Assembly (NCBI GenBank): GCA_036785375.1
Contig: JAWMAR010001853.1
Coordinates: forward strand, 62,001-126,000
Source of the DNA: Leucoraja ocellata
Taxonomy: Eukaryota
DNA: 64,000 nt
Direction: 5' to 3'
Every line of letters starts with the position of its first letter. Position 1 is the first letter of the stretch. Shown piece after piece: positions 1 through 13,139 of the stretch. A program made the position numbers and the translations under genes. The notes under the pieces were generated by a model that saw only the letters and a list, made by a program, of their open reading frames with translations, had not been told where the DNA came from and did not search any database.

Positions 1-55
1 GCCGGTGGTGGGATCCCATTGGAGGTGGCGAAAATGTTGGAGGATTATTTGTTGT
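1..55 (-). mobile_element. Penelope-like element fragment cut by window edge
   Basis: Near-identical to 18523-18575 inside the GIY-YIG-bearing Penelope-like element (gtggtgggatccc.ttggaggtggcgaaaatgt.ggaggattatttgtt). Confidence 0.75.
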
Positions 56-721
56 TTATTGATTATTGAGTTCATTGAGTTCACTGAATAATTCATAGTT
101 GTACAGCACAGAAACCTTTGGCCCACACAAAAGCCGTTTATAACCTGAAGATAGCCTGCATCAGTTTAGCAAAAAACAATTTTGCAGCTTGTTGTGACCA
201 CATTTGAACTTACCACGTACTACATTGCTATTTTACTAAATGCTGCATGTGTTAACAGTGGTATTCAAAGGCTATTGATTGGAAAATTTGAGGTGTCAAA
301 TGAAACCGTAGAATGCCAAGAAATTTCCACCATGTACTCTGAGACTCTCTCTATCCATTCTATCAAAATGAACCACAGCATGAATTTAATAAATCATCAA
401 TTGGTAATACTAGCTGCCACCTATCTTTTACAGCTTTCATTTTAATTATAAGCAGTGCAATTCCCCAGACTGTACAGAATGATTTTCCCATATGAATGAA
501 TGATTACAAGATACATCAAAGTGGATCAACTGCGTTTACTTATGTGTTAATTCATGTGGAAGAAAATCAGTTTGACTTCTTTACAAATTCTGCCTAATTC
601 AATTTCCCCCAAAATCCAAGAAAACCCACAAAATCTCTCCTTGCCTTCAAACTGAAGGTTGGGCATTTTTTAAAACTACTATCCTTACTGTTTTTCCACT
701 GGGAGCAGGATCATCTTCTGC

Positions 722-845
722 AGATACACAAAGCTACAGATGCTGGAATCAAAACACAATGTTCTGGAGGAACATAGTGAGTCAGGTGGCATCTGTGGAA
801 GGAATGGACAGGCGACATTTCAGGTCAGGACCATTCTTCAGACGT
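722..845 (-). mobile_element. Penelope-like pseudo-LTR fragment with degenerate hammerhead motif
   Basis: Same family as 17782-17915. The minus strand reads CTGAAGAATGGTCCTGACCTGAAATGTC. Confidence 0.7.
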
Positions 846-1369
846 TATCTTCCATCGATTTCTCTTACTGTTAGATCCCTGTTTTTTTTATAAATGAATA
901 CATACTCTTTATGTTGGCATGATCCAAAATAAAACTGAATGAGGATTGATATTGTTTCTCAGTTACATTGCCAACAGAATTGCTGATGTTCTTTAGACAA
1001 TGATCACAAGTTTTAATTTCCGGTTCTCTAGGTATTATTTTATGCCGGAAGAATTTATATGTGTAATCTAGTCTGCCGTTCTAACCACATTCATTGCATG
1101 AATGCCCAGAACTTTGCCTCAACAATAGCAACTTCTTGTTCACATAACAAAATATCAGAAAGTGCTTCACAGGAACACTGACTGTTTTACACCAGTCAGT
1201 TACAATTTGAATATGTAAACTACCTGCGTTCCACTTGGTAAATAATAAGGAGGAGATTTTTGGCAGAATGGGATGTCAGGAATATATCCAGGTCAGCACT
1301 AACATAAACTTTCTTGTGAACTTGAAAGAAGTTCACAAAAAAGTGTGAAACAGCAGCATCACTAGTGAT

Positions 1370-2166
1370 AGTGCAGCCCTCCCTGATGAACTTAATGCAT
1401 TCAATGCTCACTTTGAGCAGAAGGCCAACAGGACAATAACAGCCGCGCTGTCAGACGCGTGTGCCTTTTCCGAGGGTCACTGTTGCAGTGAACCCATGAA
1501 AAGTAACTGGCCCGGTTGAAGCCTTAGGAACTGCGGGAGTGTTCACGGACATCATAAATCTCTCCCTTCTCTATTCTGAGGTAACCACCTGCTTCAAGAC
1601 CACTATCCAGTGCCAAAGAAAAGCAAGATCTCAAGCCTTAATGACTACCGTCCAGTGGCCTCGACTTCCCCAGGAATGAACTGCATTGAGCGGCTGGTTA
1701 TGGCACATATTAAGCCCAGCCTACAAAGCAGCCTTAATCCACTGCAGTTCACCCTACTACCAAAACAGGTCCACGGCTGATGACCTCTTCCTGGCCCAAC
1801 ACTCGTTCCTGGAATACTTGGATGAGAAGGACATGCATGTCACGTTCTATTCATGGACTATAGCTCTGCTTTCAATACCATTATCCCAATCAAGCTCAAC
1901 TCCAAATTTGTGGAACTTGGTGTTTGTAAACCCCTCTGCAACTGGACCCTCGACATCCTGACAAACAATAATCAGCGTGGAATGGTGACAAATCATCCTC
2001 TACAATAATCCTCAATGTACTGAGGATTATCTTCACAATACTCTGGTAGGAAAGGTGAATCATCTCCCAAACAATCACTGATTTTTATTTGTATGGTAAC
2101 TGAAATTTCACTGCACCAATTGGCACATGTGACAATAAATGTGAACTTGAACTTGAACTTGAACTG
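1370..2166 (+). mobile_element. Rex1/Babar-type LINE, degenerate RT fragment plus 3' end
   Basis: Translates to LPDELNAF and NDYRPVA motifs, similar to ORF 30094-30720. Ends in gacaataaa plus a (TGAACT)n tail. Confidence 0.75.
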
Positions 2167-2357
2167 AAGTCCTAGTTGCGTACACTCTGTCGCGTCTAAC
2201 AGGCAGACTCAAATCACAGGAAGAGATTCCAAGTTGGATAGAGAAAATATTTAAGGATGGAATAGTGTGTCATCCCACTGAGCAGTGACTGTTCATCATG
2301 GGGCACGTAGAATGGTTCAGGTTCTTGCCCCAGGGACATGCACCATTGTCTTTATAT

Positions 2358-2600
2358 TTTAGACTTTAGTGATACAGTGTGGAAACAGGTCCTTCGTCCC
2401 ACCGATTCCATGCCGACCAGCGATCACCCCATGCACTGTCACTATCCCACACACTAGGGACAATTTACAATGTTTACCGATGCCATTACACCTACAAACC
2501 TGTAGGTCTTTGACGTCGGGAGGAAACCTGAGCACCCGGAGAAATCCCACCTGGTCACAAGGAGAACGTACAAACTCAGTGCAGACAGCACCCGTAATCA
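2358..2600 (-). mobile_element. tRNA-derived SINE (HE1-like), 3' part; head continues at 4284-4350
   Basis: Matches the SINE copies at 9031-9330 and 15275-15595. Interrupted by the CR1 at 2601-4216. Confidence 0.75.
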
Positions 2601-4216
2601 GACAATAAACAATAGGTGCAGGAGTAGGTCATTCAGCACCACCATTCAATATGATAATGGCTGATCATCCACAATCAGTACCCCGTTCCAGCCTTCTCGC
2701 CAAATCCCCTGACTCCGCTATCTTTAAGAGCTCTATCTAACTCTCTCTAGAAAGCATCCCGAGAATTGGCCTCCACTGCCTTCTGAGGCAGAGAATTCCA
2801 CAGATTCATAGCTCTCTGGGTAAGTTTTTTTTCCTCATCTCCGTTCTAAATGGCCTACCCCTCATTTTTAAACTGTGGCCTCTGGTTCTGGACTACCCCA
2901 ACATCGGGAAAATGTTTGCTGCCTCTAGCATGTCCAATCCCTTAATAATCTTATATGTTTCAATAAGATTCCCTCTCATCCTTCTAAATTCCAGAGTATA
3001 CAAGCCCAGCCGCTCCATTCTATCAACATATGTCAGTCCCGTCATCCCGGGAATTAACCTTGTGAACCTATGCTGCACTCCCTCATTAGCAAGACTGTCC
3101 TTCCTCAAATTTGGAGACCAAAACTGCACACAAAACTCCAGGTGTGGTCTCACTAGGGCCCTGTAGAGCTGCAGAAGGACCTCTTTGCTCCTATACTAAA
3201 CTCCTCTTGTTATGAAGGTCAACATGCCATTAGCTTTCTTCACTGCCTGCTGTATCTGCATGCTTACTTTCAGTGACTGATAAACAAGGACCCCTAGATC
3301 TCGTTGTACCTCCTCTTTTCCCAATTTAACACCATTCAGATAATAATCTGCCTTCCTGTTTTTGTCACCAAAGTGGATAACCTCACATTGATCCACATTA
3401 AACTGCATCTGCCATGCATCTGCCCACTCACCCAACCTGTCCAAGTCACCCTGCATCCTCATAGCATCCTCCTCACACTGCCACCCAGGTTTGTGTCATC
3501 TACAAATTTGCTAATGTTACTTTTAATCCCTTCAGCTAAATCATTAATCATTTAGCTGAGACTGCAGCTATTGTAAATAGCTGCGGTCCCAGCACGAGCC
3601 TTGCGGTACCCCACTAGTCACTGCCTGCCATTCTGAAAGGGACCCGTTAATCCCTACTCTTTGTTTCCTGCCTGCCAACCAATTTTCTATCCATGTCAGT
3701 ACCCTACCTCCAATACCATGTGCTCTAATTTTGCCCACTAATCTCCTATGTGGGACATTGTCAAATGCTTTCTGAAAGTCCAGGTACACTACATCCCCTG
3801 GCTCTCCCTTATCCATTTTCCAAGTTATATTCTCCAAAAATTCCAGAAGATTAGTCCAGCATGTTTTCCCCTGCTGACTCGGACCGATCCTGTTACTGCT
3901 ATCCTGATGTGCCGCTATGTCATCTTTTATAATTGACTCCAGCATCTTCCCCACCACTGATGTCAGGCTAACTGATCTATAATTCCCTGTTTTCTCTCTC
4001 CCGCGTTCTTATAAAGTGGGATAACATTAGCTACCCTCCAATAACAGGAACTGATCCTGAATCTATAGAACATTGCAAAATGATCACCAATGCGTCCACG
4101 ATTTATAGAGCCACATCCTTAAGTACCCTGGGATGCAGAACATCAGGCCCTGGGGATTTATCAACCTTCAGTTCCATCAGTCTACCCAACACCATTTCCT
4201 GCCTAATGTGAATTTC
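2601..4216 (-). mobile_element. CR1-clade LINE, 5'-truncated, frameshifted RT and 3' end
   Basis: ORFs 3568-3957 ([20 protein letters not shown]), 3196-3462 and 2893-3153 (RPHLEFCVQFWSP). Short (TATTG/TATTGTC) tail at about 2601-2615. Confidence 0.95.
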
Positions 4217-4283
4217 TCATAATTTATCATAAGTTGTGTCCACTTGGTGATGTGCAACTCAAAATTGCATCTAATGAATATCC

Positions 4284-4350
4284 ATCAGGATCGAACCTGG
4301 GTCTCAGGCACGGTAAGGCAGCAACTCTCCGGCTGCACCACCATGCCGCC
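4284..4350 (-). mobile_element. tRNA-derived SINE head (5' part of the SINE at 2358-2600)
   Basis: The minus strand has GGGCGGCATGGTGGTGCAGC (box A-like) and GGTTCGATCC (box B). Confidence 0.65.
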
Positions 4351-4454
4351 CTGTCAGCACAAGGGGTGCACCACCTCTCAAAATAACCACCTGCCTGACT
4401 TCCTACTCCACGTACGGCTGGTATCCCATTGGTTATCTCAGAACCTAAATACCA

Positions 4455-4745
4455 TGGAAAAGAAGCTGGGCCTCATAGCATCAGAAGCCCAGATTCAATC
4501 CTGATATCAGGTGTTGTCTGCGTGCTGTTTGCATATTCCCCCTGTATCTGCATGGATTACCTTTGGGTGCTCTGTTTTCCTCCCACACCCGGAAGGCGTG
4601 CGGCTTTGTAGATTGATTTGACATCTGAAAAATTGCCCTTTAGGAGTGGATAGACGTGTGTGATTGGGTGATTGATGGTTGGCATGGACTTTGTGGTCCG
4701 AATTTGTGGCCTGTTTCTGTGTTGCTTCTCTAAACTAAACTAAAT
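4455..4745 (+). mobile_element. tRNA-derived SINE, degenerate
   Basis: Box B-like gattcaatcc, family body, (TAAAC)n tail. Confidence 0.7.
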
Positions 4746-4880
4746 TTAATAAATCTGAGGGAGTGACTGAAAATCACAGTTATTCTGAAAAGCCAAGAAT
4801 AACTCGTATTAGAAACATACATTGAGAATTTTAAATGGAATAAGCTTTCAATCCAAATTGCCACCCAGCTTGAATACAAC

Positions 4881-5622
4881 AGGCGACTGCAGGAGACTAT
4901 GCAGTCGCCACATGTTCACCACATGTTCGCGGGTGGTTGCCGAGAAGTTGCCTTCATGGGCGTGAGGAGTTCCTGCATTCTGGGAACTAGTTGCGGCCTC
5001 ATTATGGTCACCGTGAATTTTTTAACATGTTGAAAAATTAGCGGCGACTCGAATGAAGCCGCCATGGAGAGTAGCGAGAATTCTTGAGCCGTAGGTTGGT
5101 CGGCAGGAGGTCGGAGGTTCTCAGAAGTTCTTGTAGGTTGTAGCTGGTGCTGACCTGTGAATTTCATTGGCTCATTGGGGAAAAAAAGGTGAGCAGTAGT
5201 TTTCAGAACCAAGGATAACTGACCGGTGACGTTAAATGTCCGTCGAGCTTCACAGCCGTGTATCTCTAGCTTCTTAAAAGTTGTCTCCACTCCTTCTCCC
5301 CCCCCCCCCCCCCTTCTCCCCTCTTTTAAAGGACTTACCGTTCACTGTGCTTTAGTAGTCGTTTTACAGCGCCAACCTTCCTGTTGATCGCGGTGTGTGT
5401 CTGTATCACCTTGGCTTTGCACCGTGTGAATCTTTTCGACAGGGCAAGCGAGGGGAGCGCTGTCTAAAAAATTCACACGGGCTCGTGAAGGAAGCGATGT
5501 TTGTGTGTGTGTGTGTTCCATTCTGACAGTCGCCGTTCCAGTTCCCGTTTTTTTAGGCGACTGCCGGAAACTTGACAGTCGCCGGCAGTTCGCTGAAAAA
5601 TCGTCTAATTGGGACAGGCCCA
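4881..5622. mobile_element. PIF/Harbinger-like MITE, left TIR missing
   Basis: Right end TGGGACAGGCCCA followed by TTA matches the TIRs of the MITEs at 16343 and 40298. Confidence 0.65.
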
Positions 5623-5626
5623 TTAG

Positions 5627-6003
5627 AGAGCAGGAGGATGCAGGGTGATTTATAGAGGTATAGAAGATCATGAGGGAAATAGATGGGTAAATATGCAGCC
5701 CTTTACCCAGAATAGTGGTATCAAGAACCAGGAGATTTAGGTTTAAGGTGAAAGTGGAAAGATTTAATAGGAATCTGAGATGTAACTTTTTCCACACAGA
5801 GCGAGGTGGGTACATGGAATGAGCTGCCAAAGGAGGTAGTTGAGGCAGGTACGATAACAACATTAAAAAAAAGCATTTGGACAGGTCCATGGATAGGAAT
5901 CATTTAGAGGGATATGGGCCAAAAGTGGGCAGGTGGGACGACTGTAGATAGAGCATCTTGGTCAATATGGGTAAGTTGGGCCATGCTGCATGACTCCATG
6001 ACT
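5627..6003 (+). mobile_element. CR1-like LINE 3' fragment
   Basis: Degenerate RGDLIEVYKIM...FFTQRVV..WN motif and a (TATGAC)-like tail. Confidence 0.75.
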
Positions 6004-7555
6004 GTTCCACTATCTATTTATGGATATTCATTAGATGCAATTTTGAGTGGAACTTCTCTAAGTGGGCACAACATGATGAATTGTGAGAAAACTCATGTTG
6101 CTTTCGGTAGACATAAAAATAATCCATTTCAAACAACAATGGAGAAAATTCCCCTTAGTATTTGAGCTATTATTTAAGCTTCAGCCAAAAGCTAAAAACA
6201 AATAATCCAGTTATCCCCTCACTGTGCAATACATTGGTGAGCACAATTTGGCTGCCACATTTCCTATACTTCAATAATGACAATCCCGTTTTAATTTAAA
6301 AGAAAAATACACATTGCTATAATTTTGCTTTGAGGTAATCCAAGTTTGTGAAAAACAATTTGACATAAATGGTTTTAATGGTAGTTTTGGCCAAAAGCTG
6401 GCCTGAAATTGAAGAGTTTCCTCAGACAACTCTTCCCTTGGTTGGACACAATTCAAAGGAATTTCATTGACTTTGACCCATCCTGTGATTGTGATCAGCA
6501 CCACTGTCCTTCAGGAGTTATCCCGATCGAATGAAAAGATAATGATTAGAAAATTAGGTTTTCCATTACAATTATGGCTGAGAACTCCACTCAGGAATCT
6601 GACAAGCATGCAATATTACCACAGGTCAAATTACTGTCTTGTTAATGAAGGGTAAACTGAGGCAGGAGAACCATTTTCTGGTGGTTTATAGCGGAGTACT
6701 GCTAGAATTTAGCTAGTCTTTAAATCTATCTCAGTATATTCTTTAAAAAAAGTTATCCAGAACTCACAATGAATGAAAACTCACAATGAATTATAGATGC
6801 CATAATTCACAAGAAGGCCATTTGAAAATTGCTGTGGCTTTTATACATGACACATTCTTTTAATTGAACCAACGTTATTAGCAGGGCTTAATGTCAACAA
6901 TTGCTCTCACCAACCAGCATTATCCTTACAAAGGGAAACAAAACGACCTGTATTCATTTTTGTTATTTACTTTTATTGTTTATAGATTATTCATGAGCCC
7001 CTATAAAGTTGTTTTTCCTTCTGATTAAATGATTGCTGAGACTGAGTGCTGCCTCAATGGGTGGATGTGCTGGATCACACAAGGACACCCACATTCCAAT
7101 GCAGATACATGGGGATTTTGCCTTGAGATTAAATTCCTTGAGGTAGAGTCCTGAGTGGTACAGAGATACAACATAGAAATAGGCCCTTCAGCCCATCGAC
7201 CATGCTGGCCATTAAACACCCATTACACTCATCCTGCGCTAATCCCATTTAATCTTACCTTCTGTGTTTCTAGAATGTGACTGTTGACTCAACCGGTACA
7301 TTGGTCCAAAATATTTATTATGAGACACATGCAAGCATGTTAAAGCAATAATTCAGATGCCTGCAGGGGTCAAGAATGTCATTCTGCAGCTTGATAACAC
7401 ATTCAGAGGGTACCACATCTGAAGCATATAAAAAGACTATGAATGTGAGAACACTGAGTGGACAGGAGGATGGGGGAGGAGCATGGGGAGGGGGAGGGAG
7501 GAGCTGGTGGGGGAGGGAGGAGTTAGGATAATAAATAGGAGCAAGAAGATAGTGT

Positions 7556-7818
7556 TGAGAATAAGGAGTAAGCTATTTAGAACGGAGACGAGGAAACACT
7601 TTTTCTCACAGAGAGTGGTGAGTCTGTGGAATTGGTTCTCTGGATGCTTTCAAGAGAGAGCTGGATAGGGCTCTGAAAAATAGCGGTGTCAGGGGATATG
7701 GGGAGAAGGCAGGAACAGGGAACTGATTGGGGATGATCAACCTTGATCACATTGAATGGCGGTGCTGGCTCGAAGGGCCGAATAGCCTACTCCTGCACCT
7801 ATTCTCTATTGTCTATTG
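7556..7818 (+). mobile_element. CR1 LINE 3' end
   Basis: RIRSKLFRTETRKHFFSQRVVSLWN, 3' UTR like the reverse complement of 2601-2900, TCTATTG tail. Confidence 0.85.
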
Positions 7819-8043
7819 TTGGCATGACACACAGCCAATGAAGCACTATGGCACACACAAAAAATTACAGTTGCAGGAATCTTTAGCAAACCACAAAATG
7901 CTGGAGTAACTCAGCGGGTGGAAGAATTGGACAGGTAATTTTTGGGTTGTATTCTTCAGACTGATTGTAGTAGGGAGGACAAAGCATTGGGGAGAGAAGA
8001 TGAGTAAAATATGTAGCTAAAGAAAGGGTAGAGGCGGAAGGGT

Positions 8044-8320
8044 CAATCAGTCAATCAATCAGTTTTATTTATCACATACACGTGCAGTGAAATGAATTTG
8101 CCAGCAGCGGTACAATCAAAAAAGAACACAGAATACACAATAAAAATTAAACACAAACATCCACCACAGCATTCTTCACTGTGGTGGAAGGCACAAAGTA
8201 CAGTCAGTCCTCCTCCATTGTTCACCCGTGGTCGGGGCCATAAACCTCCGTAGTCGCTTCTACGGAGGCCCGATGTACAGACCCTCTCGTCGGGATGATT
8301 GAAACTCCGACGTCAGTACG
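8044..8320 (-). mobile_element. 3' part of a non-autonomous retroelement with a Rex1-like tail (related to 55219-55938)
   Basis: (TCAA/TCAG)n tail, ttttattatcac, and aaacatccaccacagc...cccgtggtcggggc shared with 55345-55440. Confidence 0.6.
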
Positions 8321-8727
8321 GGAAGGGTACATGGGAAATTATCTATGTTAGTATAGATTTTCAGTATTGTTACCCACATTTGTCAATTGAATCTGTATTA
8401 TTAATTGTCACACAATTTTCATTGTCACAAATTAAATTAAAAAAAAAAAATGTTCATTGTCACACAACCAACAAACCTACAACCTGGTTGGTTTTTTCAG
8501 GGTTGGTATTTTCACGCTGGTTCATCCCCAAAATGAAACTGAACTCAGAAATTTATCAACTAACACCAGTTAATATATTTATTGCAGAGACCTCATAGGG
8601 TCATTTTTGAGAAGGCATATTTACTAAAATGTAAATCACAATCTCCCTAATTTAGTGTCAGCGGTAAATTACTATGCAATTAACTAGAAAATGGCACGCA
8701 TGACTGTGATATAACTACATACTAAAT

Positions 8728-9030
8728 GTCAACTCAGTTGGCAGCATACTCGCCTTCTGAAGGCAGTGGGTTCAAGCACACAATGGACTTGAAGTTATAA
8801 TATAAGATGACAATTCAGAGCAATGCTTGGAGGAAGCTGCACTGCTGGAGGTGTTCTCCTCAGATAGAATGTTAACCAAGGTTATATCTTCCTGTTCAGT
8901 TGGATGTTATAGACCCTCCGACTTCATTCAATAAACACAAGGTATTCTGACAGATTTTTCTCCTTCAGCCAACGTCACCATAAAGATTATTTGGTCATTT
9001 TCTAAATTCTTCTCTGTGGCATCTTGCTCT
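8728..9030 (+). mobile_element. Ancient Deu-domain SINE (SacSINE1/AmnSINE1-like)
   Basis: tRNA-like head (ctcagttggcagc...gggttcaagc) followed by gcactgctggaggtg...cagatagaatgttaaccaagg...ggatgttatagaccc, which resembles the Deu-domain consensus as recalled. Heavily decayed. Confidence 0.55.
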
Positions 9031-9330
9031 AGGGTGGCACGGTGGCACAGCGATAGAGTTGCTGCCTTACCGCACCAGAGACCCTGGTTCGACCCTGACT
9101 ACGGGTGGTGTCTGTATGGAGTTTGTCCATTCTCCCTGTGAACTGCGTGGGTTTTCCTAAGATGCTCCAGTCTCCTCCAACACTCCAAAGAAGTACAGGT
9201 TTGTAGGCTAATTTTCTTGGTAAAGTTGTAAATTGTCCCTGGTGTGTGTAGGCAGTGTTAGTGTGTGGGGATTGCTGGTTGGCATGGACTTGGTTGGCCT
9301 GTTTCTGCGCTGTATCTCTAAACTAAACTA
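9031..9330 (+). mobile_element. tRNA-derived SINE (HE1-like), full length
   Basis: GGGTGGCACGGTGGCACAGCG head, box B GGTTCGACCC at about 9086, (TAAAC)n tail. Confidence 0.9.
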
Positions 9331-9959
9331 TTCGCATTTGCCAAGAATATCAATGACCTCTGCAAGATAGCTTTAAGTATTCTGAGCAGGGGACTAATGA
9401 TTACTTCGGCCACTAAAATTTCAACATGCCTTGTGTAAAGTAACTGATGGAACACACAAGGGACATCAAGGAAGGTCAAGTCTAGCCCTCAAATCTACAA
9501 ATCTCCAAGGTTAGTGGGTGGTTCGAAGGATGAGATGAGAGAGTAAAGGAGATAAGGAAAGGTGAGGATGTCAGGGATTGCTGTTGGTGGGTACCTATTA
9601 TTGGTGGGTCCAAATGTTGTAGGATTACATTGCTTCATCACTTTTCTACGTGATCCCAGTTGGAAGCCAGTAATCCTTAGCTCACTTGGCGTATTTACTG
9701 AATAAGAGACTAGTTGGTATTGGTTTATTATTGTGGCATGTATGGAAATAGTGGTATCCAATCAAATCAGATATTACTATGCATGAATACAATCGAGCCA
9801 TGCACAGGTACAATAGGTAACACAAAGAGAAAAATACCAGAGTGCAGAATATTGTTTCTCAGCAATGTAGCGTTAATAAGATAAGAATGGAAGATCCTAT
9901 CTATGATTCGGTATTTCATCATTACTTATCATGGGAAAAGTAGATAGATTCCATTCCTT

Positions 9960-10150
9960 CAGCAAAACAGAAAGCGGTGGAGGAACTCAGTGGGTCAGGC
10001 AGCATCTGTGGAGTAAATAGACCGATGACATTTAGGTTTGGAGCCTTCATCCGTCCATTCTCTCCACAGATGCTGCCTGACCTGCTGAGATCCACCAGTA
10101 CATTTTGTTTTGCTCAAGATTCCAGCATCTGCAGTTTCTTAGGTCTCCAG
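9960..10150. mobile_element. Degenerate fold-back Penelope pseudo-LTR element
   Basis: Inverted arms caggcagcatctgtggag / ctccacagatgctgcctg. Confidence 0.65.
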
Positions 10151-10393
10151 ATTGTATACCTTTGAAGGTAATGAAGAATTTCCAGAAACATTGGCAAATC
10201 AAGAGGCTAGCAATTGGGTCCATTCTACAGTATTTTATGAAACCTCTTTATCAGGATTAAGGTTTCTTTCTTGTCATGTGCACAGAGATGCAGTGAAATG
10301 TTTCTTCTGCATGCTATCCATCAAAACACAATGTACTCAAGTACAAGAGATCTTCTTCTGCAACAGCACACAGCAAGTCATCATGTGAGAGAT

Positions 10394-10581
10394 TCAGCGA
10401 GACAGGCATCGTCTCTGGAGAGAAGGAATGGGTAACGTTTCGGGTCAAGACCCTTCTTCAGTCTCGACCCGAAATGTCACCCATTCCTTCTCTCCAGAGA
10501 TGCTGCCTGTCTCGCTGAGTTACTCCAGCATTTTGTGTCTATCTTCAGTTCAAATCAGCATCTGCAGTTCCTTCCTACACA
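10394..10581. mobile_element. Fold-back Penelope pseudo-LTR element with an intact hammerhead core on the minus strand (10434-10461)
   Basis: Inverted arms. The minus strand reads CTGAAGA A GGGT CTTG ACCC GAAA CGTT. Confidence 0.8.
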
Positions 10582-11222
10582 TCATGTTTGAGTCTGGTGG
10601 ATCCCACAAAGCATTTTGGCCATGTGCACAATACATTAAATTAACATTTATTGAATGGTGAATATTATTATTGTGGCATTTCCATCAATATTGAATGGTG
10701 GCCATCAGAGCTGTGATGCAACATATTTTTTTGAATAGACATACGCAGCCACACTGGATGAAGTCGTGTGTAACCAAGTGTGAAACTTACATGCACACAG
10801 GTACTTTGTACAGTACATTATATACTAACTTCATGTGACAAGATTTAAAAGACACACTTTCATTCATCTTTAATTCAATGGTCCAGACTTAGTCAAAATG
10901 GAGTGACACACTGCAGTATGACAGAGTGACTAGCCATGCAATTGGCAGCATGATAAAAATAAAGTGAATCCTTGGCATCCCATCTTCCACGCGATAAATA
11001 ATTGATTTGCTGCTTTTATTTCTCTGCTGTAAAATTGCTACTGTGTTATAAACCTAGACGGGATATGAATTTGTATAAGAACTGCTCAAAATGAATGTAA
11101 TGGCTGGATTGCACTGCACTACACAGCAGTGATTTGGTCAAATTACAACCAAACAGATATTTATGCAATTAAACAGTGCTGTGATTATTTGTTTTGTTTT
11201 TTTAATTCACTTTTCCTTTTTC

Positions 11223-11515
11223 AGAGTGTAAATGTCAAAGACGAGGCGGTGTAGCTTTGAGGCAAGAGGGGCAGAGTCTAAAGGAGATGTGTGGGACACG
11301 TTTTTTACAGAGAGAGTGGTGGATGCTTGGAAGACATTGGCAGGAATAGTGGTGGAGCCAGATATAGTGGTATTTCAGAGACTTTTAAATAGACACATGG
11401 ATATTCAAGGAATGGTGGGATGTGGATCACGTTTAAATTGGCATCATGTTCAGTAGAACATTGTGGGCCAAAAGGTCTGTTCCTGCACTGTACTGTCTAT
11501 GTTTCATATTCTATG
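11223..11515 (+). mobile_element. CR1-like LINE 3' fragment
   Basis: ORF 11232-11456 contains FFTERVVDAW, followed by a TCTATG-like tail. Confidence 0.75.
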
Positions 11516-12843
11516 TTTAATTTTCAGGATGTTGGTCTCACTTTTTTTTGTGAGACCAGTTATTAAGTTTTACACCACTTTACATGCGCGTTAAGATTGG
11601 AATCACATTCATGGCATCCAAAATAAAGGAAGCAGGTATAATTCTTTGAGATGGGCTTGGAGGTGCTCAGATGTTCCAAGGTCAGGGAGCCATCAGAACA
11701 GGTCAATGGCTGCAGCTCCAACAAGCTGGTCATGGAGAATGGCACGAGTTGTGATGTGTTGGCTTTAGTAAGATGGAGTTTGATGATAGCCTATCTATGT
11801 GGAGACTGAGCTAAAAGGTGAGCAAAGCAGATAAATGTAAAATCTTCCTAAAAGATGTAAGACCAAAGTTGAGCCAATGCACATGATAGTTGCAGGCCAA
11901 GGGGATGTAAAAAAGATCCAGTAATACCAAGCCTAAGGTTGTAGGAAATTCAAATGGCAGTAAATGGAAAGGTGATATTCCTAAATGTGGAGTTCTAGTG
12001 CCAGGTGGTAACAGCACCATGGAACGTGCCTTTTAGAAAATGTCTTAAACCAAGGGTTTTCAGGGTTGACTATTCAAGTGTCCACCAATAAGAATATGTT
12101 TACTTCAGTGCAGAGTAGCTTGCAAACAAATACTCTCAACACTGTCAGTGAGATGCACAGAAGAAGATATCCATGGAGGAAGTGTCTGCAGAGGCCACCT
12201 TGAGGTGCATAGTCAAAGTTTAGATGCGTTGCCTCGAGAGGCCAGATATGCAGTTCAGGGTGAGGTCCTTTAGGGGCATTTTGGCTAAGATTGGGACAAT
12301 GATCTTGGTATTTCTGAGTAATGTGAATATACGTCATCCTCAGTAGCTGGCAGTTCAAAAGTGGAAACTGTGATTTGCCCGGGTGACTCAAGGTTGTTTC
12401 ACCAAAGAGTTAGCACAATTGCCGTACTGTTGCGAGAATCCATTGTTGAAGTGGAAAGTGAGAAACATGACATGTGCGGTTGCAGTGAGTCATTCCTATC
12501 AAGTCAGATGTTGCCGCTGCAGTGAATCATGCGGCAAGAGTTTAGGAAATTGCACTGGGACTACCAGCCTGCTGTCACTCACACTTACTAAATGGGATGA
12601 ACACAAGCTCAGAGTTAGCTGGATGCCTGTAAGGCGAAATTTGTTGTGAAGGTAACTCAAGAGCTATGAAAATTCTGTGCCTGAAGCTTTGTTAAAAGGC
12701 CTCGACATACTAATGACAGGTAGTCTTTAAGAAGACAAAAAATAAAACATGCTATTGTTGAGTTTATGGATCTGGGGATACATTTGAAGCAATGTACAGT
12801 TGTAATTACTGAAGATGTCAGTGAATATTTTGGTCTGTATTAA

Positions 12844-12983
12844 AGGTAGGCAAAAATGCTGGAGAAACTCAACGGGTGAGGCAGCATCTAGATGTACATC
12901 TAGATGCTGCCTCACCCGCTGAGTTTCTCCAGCATTTTTGTCTACCTTTGATTTTTCCAACATCTGCAATTCTTTCTTAAACA
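12844..12983. mobile_element. Fold-back Penelope LTR mini-insertion with a 15-bp TSD
   Basis: TTTGGTCTGTATTAA at 12829-12843 and 12984-12998. Palindrome centred on ATCTAGATGTACATCTAGAT. Confidence 0.85.
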
Positions 12984-13139
12984 TTTGGTCTGTATTAAGC
13001 TCAATGGTTACAATTGGTTACAATAAATGTAACTATGAATTATGATTATGTGTCATCAGGAGAATAATTGTGAAGGAAGATGTACGATTAGTTATTTATG
13101 AACCCTCTTGAAAAGTTGATCTGTTGAAAATGTTTGGTA

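Noticed and set aside
9031-9105. tRNA gene candidates from A/B boxes
   Set aside because: These are SINE heads continuing into body and tail, with no full cloverleaf.
11600-12650. Possible very old LINE endonuclease remnant on the minus strand (YAP, LIGG.LN-like words)
   Set aside because: Too degenerate to support without a profile search.
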